From Ilumatobacteraceae bacterium (GTDB lineage: Bacteria; Actinomycetota; Acidimicrobiia; Acidimicrobiales; Ilumatobacteraceae): 64,000 bases of DNA. This document shows positions 55,820 to 64,000 of the stretch, one piece after another (positions within the stretch are counted from its first letter, which is position 1; every line of letters begins with the position of its first letter). The position numbers and the translations under genes are program-made. The DNA is taken from positions 2,325 through 66,324 of the forward strand of contig JAYUCY010000094.1 of the NCBI GenBank assembly GCA_043740085.1, read 5' to 3'. Below the pieces are notes generated by a model. That model made no database searches, was not told the origin of the DNA, and was given only the letters and a program-made list of their open reading frames with translations.

Positions 55820-58342
55820 TCACTCGCTGCTCAACACTGCGGCAGGATGATCACGCAGACCACGGCGAACGGGAACGGCGCCGACCACCGCCGCCAACGC
55901 CAGCACCCCGACGACGAGCAGCACCATCGGCGTGAGCGGAACGACGGGTTCGGCCAGCGTCCCGAAGCGGTTGGCCAGCAGTATCCAGAACCATCTCCCG
56001 GCGATGATGCCGAGCGGGACACCGATCAGCATGCCGGCCACGCCGATCGTGACACCCTGCCAGACTCCGACCGCCGTGACCCCGCCCGTGGTCGTACCGA
56101 TGGCCTGGAGGATCGCCAGGTCGCGGCGCCGACGGCGCACGGCGACCACCATGGCGTTCACGACGGTGACCGCGACGAGCACGACGAGCACGGTGGACAA
56201 CACGATGGGCAACGATTGCAGCCGATCGAGGCTCTCGATGTCGGACGGCCGCGCAACGCCCTGGAAGCGCAACGATCCGTAGCTGCCGAGCGCTTCGGTC
56301 ATGCGGGCCTCGAACGCCGGTCGGTCCGCACCCTTCGCGAGGTCGACGACCACGAACGCCTTGCTGGAGTCGTCTCGCGGCCCGAGCGCTGCGGGTGGGA
56401 CCAACGCGCCGACGCCGATCGACGTGCGGTCCGAACCGTTGTACAGGCCGAGGCCCGGCAGCACCACACGGCCGACCACCTCAGCCGTGCCCTTGAACCC
56501 CGACGTTTCGACCGACACCACGTCACCGATCGACACCCCGAGCTGGTGCATCGTCGTCGAGCCGAGCGCAATCTCGCCGGCGCTCGACGGAGCACGTCCG
56601 GCCCCGATCGTCGGCGGCACGGCATCGTTACCCGCACTGAACCTGACGGCTGTGACGGGCGAGCCGTCGACGGTGATCTCGCTGATCCGCAGCTCGCCGA
56701 GCCGCTCGACGTCGGGGTCGGCGCCGACGGTGGCCAGCACGTCGCCGACGCGGCTGTCGTCGGTCAATACGTTTCCGTCGAACTCGATCCGCGCATCGAA
56801 GTTGGAGCCATAGAACCGTCCGTTGTCGACGACCCGGCCAAGGCTCGACGCGAACACGATGGTTGCGGCGGCGACGGCCACGGCGGTTACCGCTCCGATG
56901 ATCGTGGCCCGTGTGGGCACTGCCGACGCGCCGCGCCCCGGCTCGAGGCCGAACCGGACCCCGGTGGTCACGTTCGGAGACGATCCACGAGCTGCCATCC
57001 AGGCTGCCACCGACGATCCCCGCACCGTCGAGCCCTGGTCCACGAAGCGAGCGTTGCGCCACGCCGGGATCACGCTGACCAGCACGACAACGAGAAAGAG
57101 GATGATCGCTCCGCCAAGCATGGCGGGCAGGTTGATCGACCAGCCCGGATGCGGTTCTGCATTACGTGCCGGGCCGACCGGTGTGAACCACGACAGCGCC
57201 GCAGCGATGGTCACCGCAGTCGCGACACCGACAGCGGCGGCGAGCATCAGGCGAACCATCATCGTGATCCACCGGTCTCGCTGCGTCGTGCCGAGTGCCG
57301 CCAAGGTGAGATTGTCACGGGCATCGAGTTGGCAGCGGCGCGAGACGGTCTGACCGACGAGCAGCAGACCGAGGAGCGCGGTGATGCCGGCGAAGATCGC
57401 CAACGCCACCGCTGCCGGTTGTGTACCACGCACCGCCTTGGCCCTTGTGACCCCGAGCGTCTGGTAGACGATCTTCTCGGCCGGAGCGAGCGCATCGACG
57501 GCGGCTCGGAACGCCGACAGCTCACCGGGGCTCGTCAACCGGACGATGGCACCTCCGTAGCCGGCTGACGGCTCGCCGAGCTGGGCATAGAGCGCGGGCG
57601 TGAGCCACACTCCGACGGGTTCGTACCCCTGGTCGACAACGACACCATCCAGGGTGTTGCCGATGCCGACCACGGTCAACTCGACGTGCGCACCGAACCC
57701 GGCAGCGTTTACAGCGGCGAGTCCCGCGTCAGGACCGGACGCGGCGGCGAACACCTTGTCGAAATCGGCGCCACTCGCGATGGTCGCCTCGAATGGGTCG
57801 CCCACGTGCAGACCAGCTGTTCGCGCGTAGGTCCGATCGAGGAAGACCTCATCAGGCGAGCCGGGATCAGCCAGCCTGCCTTCGAGCACCACCGGTCGAT
57901 CGAACGTGAACCCTGCCCGACCGTCGGTCGCGATGGCGAGTGGCCCCATGAAGAGGTCGTCGAGAGAGCTGAGCGAGCCCTGGTTGACCACCACGATCAC
58001 GCCGTGCACTCGCGAGAATTCGGCGACCATCGGCAGCGCGGCGACCTCGTCGAAGTCGAGGGCCGAGTCATCGCCGTTGTTGGGGTTGACCAGCACGTCG
58101 GCGGTACCGGTGGCGTCGATCATCCGGTCGACCGCTGATGCGGTGCGGGTTGCACCGGCCAGACCGGCGAGTACGAGACCTCCTGCCAGACCGACGAGCA
58201 CTGCGATGCCCACAAGGCTGCGCCAGCCGTGTCTGAGCTGGGCAGCGGCGACGATGAGGGCGGTCCGCACCACAGGATCAAACCACCGCGCGCCCACGTC
58301 GGACAAGGGTGCTGGCCCCCTCATCGGGTGTGCTGGCACCAC
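55820..58342 (-). CDS. FtsX-like (MacB-type, double FtsX domain) ABC transporter permease
   Basis: 840 aa with two 4-TM FtsX blocks, each preceded by a large extracytoplasmic domain. No ATPase gene is adjacent. Confidence 0.75.
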   Translation of the reverse strand: MVPAHPMRGPAPLSDVGARWFDPVVRTALIVAAAQLRHGWRSLVGIAVLVGLAGGLVLAGLAGATRTASAVDRMIDATGTADVLVNPNNGDDSALDFDEVAALPMVAEFSRVHGVIVVVNQGSLSSLDDLFMGPLAIATDGRAGFTFDRPVVLEGRLADPGSPDEVFLDRTYARTAGLHVGDPFEATIASGADFDKVFAAASGPDAGLAAVNAAGFGAHVELTVVGIGNTLDGVVVDQGYEPVGVWLTPALYAQLGEPSAGYGGAIVRLTSPGELSAFRAAVDALAPAEKIVYQTLGVTRAKAVRGTQPAAVALAIFAGITALLGLLLVGQTVSRRCQLDARDNLTLAALGTTQRDRWITMMVRLMLAAAVGVATAVTIAAALSWFTPVGPARNAEPHPGWSINLPAMLGGAIILFLVVVLVSVIPAWRNARFVDQGSTVRGSSVAAWMAARGSSPNVTTGVRFGLEPGRGASAVPTRATIIGAVTAVAVAAATIVFASSLGRVVDNGRFYGSNFDARIEFDGNVLTDDSRVGDVLATVGADPDVERLGELRISEITVDGSPVTAVRFSAGNDAVPPTIGAGRAPSSAGEIALGSTTMHQLGVSIGDVVSVETSGFKGTAEVVGRVVLPGLGLYNGSDRTSIGVGALVPPAALGPRDDSSKAFVVVDLAKGADRPAFEARMTEALGSYGSLRFQGVARPSDIESLDRLQSLPIVLSTVLVVLVAVTVVNAMVVAVRRRRRDLAILQAIGTTTGGVTAVGVWQGVTIGVAGMLIGVPLGIIAGRWFWILLANRFGTLAEPVVPLTPMVLLVVGVLALAAVVGAVPVRRGLRDHPAAVLSSE

Positions 58343-58397
58343 ACGCGCTCCACCGGCCTGTCATGGCGTCGATCAGATCGCGGCGGTGCCCTGTGGC

Positions 58398-60827
58398 TCA
58401 GTCGGGGCGGGCAAGGAGGGCGGCAATGGTCATCGGCCGCCCCAGCAAGAAGCCCTGGGCATAGTCGCAGCCCAGTTGCGTCACGGCTGCCATCTCCTCT
58501 TCTGTCTCGACACCTTCGGCGCAGATCCGCATCGAGCCGGTGCGCGCGATCGCCACGCACATGGTGACGATGGCACGGTTGGCGACGTCGACTTGGAGGT
58601 TCGTGATGAACGAGCGGTCGACCTTGACCTCGTCGAGGGGCAACTTCCGTAAGAAGGCGAGTGAGGACTGGCCGGTACCGAAGTCGTCGAGAGCGACCGA
58701 CACGCCAAGCATCGAGATCTGCTCGAGACCGGCTTGAACGTCGGCGATGTTGCCGATGAGCCCACGTTCGGACAACTCGATCTGCAGCCACGAAGGGTCC
58801 GCACCGACGCTGACGAGTTCGTCGGCGAGCTGCTCGAGGAAGTCGAGGTCGGTGATGAGCCGCACGGGGACGTTGACCGCTACCTTCGACCCCGGGAAGC
58901 GCGCGGCCACCGGCGCCCACTGGCTGAGCGCCTGGAGGATCGCCCACATGGTGAACGGTCGGCAGAGAACACTCGCTTCGACACCCTCGACGAACCCCTC
59001 CGGGCTCAGCCGGCCCCTGTCGGGATGCGTCCAGCGCACCAGCGCCTCGGCACCGACGAGTCGATGGGTGAGGACATCGAGCTTCGGTTGAAACTCGAAG
59101 AAGAGCTCGCCACTCGCCATAGCCTTCGCGAACTCGCCCAGCAGGGACGCCCGTTCGAGCTGCGCTGCGTCGAGTTCCGCGCGCCACTGTATGACGTTCG
59201 CTCCCGTCATGCTCGCAGACCACGCGGCGGTCTTGGACCGCCGGACGAGCGCTTCGGCGCCGACTTCGCGCAACGGACCGATGGTGCAGCCGATGGCAGG
59301 GCCGAGCAAGAGCGACATCGATTCGTAGACGAACGGCTTGGACAGCTCCGTCGCCATGTCATCGGCAATGCGCTGCACGTGTGCACCGGAGGCCACGTCC
59401 GGAACGAGGACGGCAAGCGCCGAGTCCTCCGGTTGCGTTGCGATGGCCCCGTGCTGTTCTGCAATCGCGGTCACGCGTGACGCGGCAGACAGCAGCGCTG
59501 CATCACCGGCCGCGAACCCGAAGGTCGGCCGGATCGTGTCGAGCTCGGTGAGGCTGATCCAGATCAGCGCAAAGGAGCCGCCGGTCTGCTGAGTGCACTG
59601 CTGGACGACGCTGAGCAAGCCGTCCAGATTGAGCATCCTCGACTGCCGCTGGTGCGTGGCGAACCACTCCAACTCAGCCGCGTGACGCGCGATGTCGGTG
59701 ATGTCGGTGGCGACGCTGACGACCTCGTCGCCGATCTGAACCAGGCTGGTGCGCAACGTCTTACTATTGCCGGCCATTCCGTTCAGGGCCGTGGTGGTCG
59801 TCATCGGCCGCCCATCCAACAAGAACGCCTGTCGGGCGACCTCGACGAAATCAAGATCGGCGGGGACGTTCGACCCCAATGTTCCCACTGCGAGCTCGGT
59901 GCTGAGCGACGGGTTCGCGTAGCGCAGGACGAAGTCGATGATCTCACCGCTCGTGTTGCGGATCGGATCCCAGATGCCGACAGCTTCCGACAGTGCCTCG
60001 ATCGTGCTGCGGAAACGCCCCTCGGCCGCGTACTTGCCGCGGGTCGATCGCATCTCCTCGGTCATATCGCGCACCACCTGCAGGATGAGCCCGCCCACTC
60101 GTGTGGCCTCCAGCTCCACGAACACGCCAGGCTGCTCTCCGGCAACGACGCCGAGTCGGTCGATGATCCGGACCGCGGGGGCGTCGGTCTCCCATGCTCT
60201 TCTGGCCGCGTCGAGCTCGTCACCTTGGCCGCTGGCACCCTCGAAGACGCCGACATTGCTGCCGCGGAACCCGTGCGCGGCTTGGTTGGCATACAGCACC
60301 CGAGTACCGGTCATCTGCCGGCTCTCGTCGAACACGGGGGCGAGCAGCGTCACGCCCTCGCTGAGCGTGTCGAGGATCAGCCGTTGCTGCGACTCCGTGC
60401 GCTGCAGATCGTCGGCGACGGTGAAGTCGGTGGACGTCTGGAGAATCATCTCGGCGACGCGCCGGGTCCTGATCTCGAAGCGGGTCGAGCGCTCGACCCC
60501 GTCGACAAAACCGTTGCGCTCGATGTAGTACGGCGTGCACTGCCCGTCGAGCCAGGCCACCTCGGCTTCGATGATGGCCAACTCGGGATCCTCGAAAACC
60601 CTACTGGCGAGCGCACCCTCGACAATGCCGTCGGTGAATGGCAGCGCTCGCGCTGCCGCGTTGCAGTAGACGATCTCCAGGTCGACGATGCGTTCGCCAC
60701 ACCAGATTGGACGGTAGAGATAGATCGCCTGCTGCAGGTTGTCCACCGTGGCGCGGAAGAGCGCCTCGGCATCGGCCACCGAATCGCTGAGAGGCTGCAT
60801 AGCGACCTCTCTGCCGTGCTCGATCAA
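58398..60827 (-). CDS. PAS-domain / degenerate GGDEF / EAL-domain signalling protein
   Basis: EAL domain motifs EFQPKLD, EALVRW and ALDDFGTGQSSLAFLRKLPLDEVKVDRSF. PAS-like N-terminal repeats are present. I saw no intact GG(D/E)EF. The ATG at 60800 is an alternative start. Confidence 0.8.
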   Translation of the reverse strand: MIEHGREVAMQPLSDSVADAEALFRATVDNLQQAIYLYRPIWCGERIVDLEIVYCNAAARALPFTDGIVEGALASRVFEDPELAIIEAEVAWLDGQCTPYYIERNGFVDGVERSTRFEIRTRRVAEMILQTSTDFTVADDLQRTESQQRLILDTLSEGVTLLAPVFDESRQMTGTRVLYANQAAHGFRGSNVGVFEGASGQGDELDAARRAWETDAPAVRIIDRLGVVAGEQPGVFVELEATRVGGLILQVVRDMTEEMRSTRGKYAAEGRFRSTIEALSEAVGIWDPIRNTSGEIIDFVLRYANPSLSTELAVGTLGSNVPADLDFVEVARQAFLLDGRPMTTTTALNGMAGNSKTLRTSLVQIGDEVVSVATDITDIARHAAELEWFATHQRQSRMLNLDGLLSVVQQCTQQTGGSFALIWISLTELDTIRPTFGFAAGDAALLSAASRVTAIAEQHGAIATQPEDSALAVLVPDVASGAHVQRIADDMATELSKPFVYESMSLLLGPAIGCTIGPLREVGAEALVRRSKTAAWSASMTGANVIQWRAELDAAQLERASLLGEFAKAMASGELFFEFQPKLDVLTHRLVGAEALVRWTHPDRGRLSPEGFVEGVEASVLCRPFTMWAILQALSQWAPVAARFPGSKVAVNVPVRLITDLDFLEQLADELVSVGADPSWLQIELSERGLIGNIADVQAGLEQISMLGVSVALDDFGTGQSSLAFLRKLPLDEVKVDRSFITNLQVDVANRAIVTMCVAIARTGSMRICAEGVETEEEMAAVTQLGCDYAQGFLLGRPMTIAALLARPD

Positions 60828-60957
60828 TGCATCTCCCGCAGACTCATCTTGTCGTTCGATACTGTCACGTGCGGGCCAGCTTTCCTGTCATCTCGCGATG
60901 AGAAATTGAACACTGCCCAGCGACACCCGGTCCGTTTCGACGTCCTTGCACTCCTCG

Positions 60958-62772
60958 TCAATTGACGACGGTGGGTGACGTCGTGAGAAGACGACCCAAC
61001 AGCGGGTTGTCAATGTCTTCGGCGAGCATCGACGCGGCAGCGCCGTCGCCCTGGTGACCGAACGCGGCACTGTGCAGCAGCGAGCGAACGATCAGCTCCC
61101 TCATACCGGTGCGCGAGGCCAGCTCGCGCATCGTGTCGACCCACCGCTTCGTCGCAGGGTGTTCATGTCGCCGGCCGAGCTCGCACTGCGCGTCGAGGAT
61201 GTAACCATCGAGCCACACGTACGGGTCGGCGAGACGATTGCAACGCACTCGAGCGTCAGCGAGGATCTCGAAGGCGCTGTCGGTCTCGCCATTCTTCTCA
61301 GCGAGGAGCGCGAGACCTCGCGCTGCCATGCCCTCCCAACACGGATCGCCGAGGTGGCACGCCCTGGCGAACGCCTGCTGCAGCAACTCTGCTGCTCCCG
61401 ACACGTCGGCTCGGGCCAGCTGGACCTCGCCGCGCAGCGCTTGTGGCCATGGAAGGAAGGCAAGCCAATGATCTCCCTCGGCGAGCTCGATGGACAGGTC
61501 GAGTTCGTCCGCGGCCGAGTCCAAGTCCGAACGCAGCAGATGGACGCGGCCGAGCATCGAGCGAGCGTACGCCTCACGCCGACGGTCGCCGGCCGCGCGG
61601 GAGAGCCCAATGGCGTCTTCGAGCAGGGATGTCGCCCGGACGTAGTCGGCGCGATCGCTCTCCACCGAACCGAGGTAGATCGTCAACTTCGCCGTGATCA
61701 CCGGCGAGCCAGCGGCGAACTCGAGTCCCTCGGTGAGCCACCGCACGGCTCGGTTGTAGCGTGCTCGGAGGAAGTCGACGTAGCCGATCTCGGCGCGTGC
61801 TCGGGATACCGTCTCGTGGTCATGGTTGGCCAGCGCGATCGCGTCAGCCTCGTGCAGTGTGGCCAAACCTTCCTCGTCCAGCCCTCTGAGCGAGTGGATC
61901 AATGCCTCGGCCAGTACGAGTCGAGAACTCGTTCGCAGCCACGCGGCATCTGCACGGTCGGCCATTCGAACGGCGATGCGCAACGAATGAACCCCGGCTT
62001 CGACGGCACCGGCGGAAACGGCCGCCGAGCCCGCCTCCACCATTGCATGAATCGAAACGACGTCGACGGCTCCTTCGCGCGTCAACCGCGTCTCGCGCAT
62101 CGCGGCCTCGACCGCAGGACCGGGTGCGATTCCGAACTGTGTCGTGAGCAGCGCGCGACAGGCTGCGAACTGTCGCTCCGCAGCGACATCGTCGCCAGCG
62201 AGCCGGTACAGGCGAATCAGTAGCGCTTGGTGGTTCTCGTCGAGCGGACTCATCGCGGTGGCGCGCACTGCGTAGCCGATCGCCGTGTACAGCGCCCCTT
62301 GCGACAGCGATCCGAGTGCTGCCTCGTGCAGGATCGCTTCCGACGCGGCCGCAACATGGCGCTGCTGAGATAACAGCCACGACTCGAACGCCGCGGCATC
62401 TCGAACGGTCAAGCCTTCCAGCAGCTCAGTACCGAGTCCTGGAAGGTCAACGGCTGTGATCCATGATCCGCTGGTCACCTGCGAGACATCGACGATGGTG
62501 CCCGGTGGAAGACGCAAGACGACGGGGTCGCCGTCGATCGAGCCCTCTCCGCCGAGGCCCCGGCGAATCTCGGACAGGTTCCACCGCAGGGCGCGGAGGG
62601 GATCGTCGGCCTCGGCGAAGAGCAGCGCTGCCAGTTGACTCCGCGTTGGCGAGCGCTCGCTCAAGATCAGATACGCGAGCACGGCCCAGCTCTTGCGGCT
62701 CCGGAACTGGTACGCCTCACCGGAATCGCGCTCGAGGCTCGGGCGGCCTAGAAGATGGATGACGAGGCTCAT
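60958..62772 (-). CDS. SARP/AfsR-type transcriptional regulator (winged helix + BTAD + TPR-like repeats)
   Basis: N-terminus MSLVIHLLGRPSLERDSGEAYQFRSRKSWAVLAYLIL...LRWNLSEIRR, then the BTAD segment (HQALLIRLYRLAGDDVAAERQFAACRALL). Confidence 0.75.
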   Translation of the reverse strand: MSLVIHLLGRPSLERDSGEAYQFRSRKSWAVLAYLILSERSPTRSQLAALLFAEADDPLRALRWNLSEIRRGLGGEGSIDGDPVVLRLPPGTIVDVSQVTSGSWITAVDLPGLGTELLEGLTVRDAAAFESWLLSQQRHVAAASEAILHEAALGSLSQGALYTAIGYAVRATAMSPLDENHQALLIRLYRLAGDDVAAERQFAACRALLTTQFGIAPGPAVEAAMRETRLTREGAVDVVSIHAMVEAGSAAVSAGAVEAGVHSLRIAVRMADRADAAWLRTSSRLVLAEALIHSLRGLDEEGLATLHEADAIALANHDHETVSRARAEIGYVDFLRARYNRAVRWLTEGLEFAAGSPVITAKLTIYLGSVESDRADYVRATSLLEDAIGLSRAAGDRRREAYARSMLGRVHLLRSDLDSAADELDLSIELAEGDHWLAFLPWPQALRGEVQLARADVSGAAELLQQAFARACHLGDPCWEGMAARGLALLAEKNGETDSAFEILADARVRCNRLADPYVWLDGYILDAQCELGRRHEHPATKRWVDTMRELASRTGMRELIVRSLLHSAAFGHQGDGAAASMLAEDIDNPLLGRLLTTSPTVVN

Positions 62773-62913
62773 GAGTCCTGAAATGGTCCCACGAGCCTCG
62801 CCGGTGGTGCAATAGCCCTCACCACAAGTAGGCGCCTCAGGCCAGATGATCTGGATCGCAGAGGATGGTGAAGGGCCGTTCGTGGGTGGCTCGGTAGTCA
62901 GCCTCGGCGGCCC

Positions 62914-63165
62914 TCAGGAGTGCTCGCTGACGAGATAGATCTCGTCAGCGACAAGGCCGTGAGCCTCGCGGTGAACTGTGTTGGCGGCCTCCGCATTCGG
63001 CGCCTCGACGAGGCAGAAGATCTTGCCCGCCTGCTCGTCGACCCAGTAGCGGAGGTAGTTGACCCCGTGCGCACCCTGGGCGGCAAGGTCTGCCTGATGG
63101 GCGGCAGCCACATCGGCCGCCGGTACCCCTCCGTCGATGTTGTGAACGTCCATGAAAAGTGGCAT
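62914..63165 (-). CDS. DUF4242-family small protein (SCO4226-like)
   Basis: Started at the ATG at 63165: MPLFMDVHNIDGGVPAADVAAAHQADLAAQGAHGVNYLRYWVDEQAGKIFCLVEAPNAEAANTVHREAHG. Confidence 0.7.
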   Translation of the reverse strand: MPLFMDVHNIDGGVPAADVAAAHQADLAAQGAHGVNYLRYWVDEQAGKIFCLVEAPNAEAANTVHREAHGLVADEIYLVSEHS

Positions 63166-63321
63166 GTCGTTGCCCTTCCTATTCGGAACCCGACGCTTGT
63201 TCGTCGTGTTGTGAGATCTCATCGAACACCACCCGCGTTTGACGCGGCGTTTGACCGACACGGTTCGCTGCACACGCCGATGTCGAATCGGCCGCATGAC
63301 CACGCCGCGGAGAGTGGATCA

Positions 63322-63711
63322 TTACGGCGACGGCATCCGGCCTACGAGTGGTAGCCGAGCTGCGTCCCAGGCGACGAGGCCGCCCTGCAGATGGGCGACA
63401 TTGGCGTAGCCGAGCGTGCGGAGCGAGGCGCCGGCCAGCGCTGAGCGGGCGCCGTCGGTGCAGTAGAGCAGTATGCGGGCGTCCGGTCGAAGACGAGGGT
63501 CGTGCCCGGCGTGGGTGGGATCGGCGCGGAACTCGAGCCGGCCGCGAGGCACGTGGATGGCATGGGCGATGCTGCCGGACGCAACCCGTTCGTCGGCTTC
63601 GCGTACGTCGATGACGACCGTGCTCGGGTTGTCTGCCTCGGAGGCGAACTGCTCGGCACTGAGTGTGGTGACTGTTCGATCGGCCTCCTCGACAAGGGTG
63701 GCGGCGCTCAT
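63322..63711 (-). CDS. rhodanese-like sulfurtransferase domain protein
   Basis: Active-site loop LLYCTDGARSA (C-x-x-G-x-R). The start overlaps the globin stop (ATGA at 63708-63711). Confidence 0.8.
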   Translation of the reverse strand: MSAATLVEEADRTVTTLSAEQFASEADNPSTVVIDVREADERVASGSIAHAIHVPRGRLEFRADPTHAGHDPRLRPDARILLYCTDGARSALAGASLRTLGYANVAHLQGGLVAWDAARLPLVGRMPSP

Positions 63712-64000
63712 TTCGCGATGATCTCTGACTTCATGCCGTACGCGACGTACAGCAGTTCGGCCTGTTCCTGCTGGCCGATGTTGTGTTGTTGCAACGCGGC
63801 GAGGATGTCGTCGAGCACGGCGACGTACTCGGCTTCGGTGATGCCCATGCCGGCATGCGCCTCGGGCATGGACAGGCCGTCGTATGTGGCGAGACCGCTG
63901 AGACCGGTGGCGAAGAACTCGATGGCGAGCCGGATCAACTCATCCGGCGACTTCTTCGCGGCGCGGAAGCGCTCGCCGCAGACCGGGTTCTCCAGGTGCA
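63708..64000 (-). CDS. truncated haemoglobin (group I-like), N-terminus beyond the right edge
   Basis: Track ORF 63708..63938 starts at an internal TTG. The frame stays open to the window edge (...HLENPVCGERFRAAKKSPDELIRLAIEFFATGLSG...MPEAHAGMGITEAEYVAVLDDILAAL), which aligns by eye to GlbN-type globins. Confidence 0.7.
   Translation of the reverse strand, partial: HLENPVCGERFRAAKKSPDELIRLAIEFFATGLSGLATYDGLSMPEAHAGMGITEAEYVAVLDDILAALQQHNIGQQEQAELLYVAYGMKSEIIAK

Overview
This is a high-GC, actinobacterial-type chromosomal window. All family assignments come from motifs I recognised in the translations, not from searches. The region 1-23.3 kb is conserved housekeeping. It holds a partial DivIVA gene, a PDZ/Lon-like protease, two tandem lipoprotein esterases, GNAT, PAC2, NUDIX, HemQ, FdhD, an aquaporin, an OmpR-type regulator, Lrp, CIRCE-controlled groEL, a MoaD/ThiS-like carrier, glycerate kinase, an amidohydrolase and uridine kinase. 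A tRNA-Thr(UGU) at 23334-23406 opens a mosaic accessory region. That region contains a frameshifted integrase stub and a hipB-hipA pair followed by an 893-aa SEC-C-motif protein, bracketed by 164-bp direct repeats. It also contains several gene remnants (acyl-CoA ligase, IS481-like, MaoC-like, IS982-like, thiolase). A 15.4-kb catabolic module is bounded by 117/118-bp inverted repeats; it carries TetR, two AMP-ligases, two cyclases, SMP-30, a Liv-type ABC importer, and an acyl-CoA dehydrogenase with DUF6285-like and phosphotransferase genes. Its three promoter regions share a TGAC-N6-GTCA palindrome. The right end carries a 564-aa acidic ORFan, a membrane protein with five 39-bp tandem repeats, an FtsX permease without an ATPase, a PAS-EAL protein, a SARP regulator, and a truncated-globin/rhodanese/DUF4242 cluster. 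The strongest single call is that track ORFs 6387-6737 and 6951-7487 are one thioredoxin-fold gene read through an in-frame UGA at the redox motif, with a SECIS-like hairpin 13 nt downstream (candidate selenoprotein). I saw no rRNA gene and no CRISPR array. Start codons are my best guesses.
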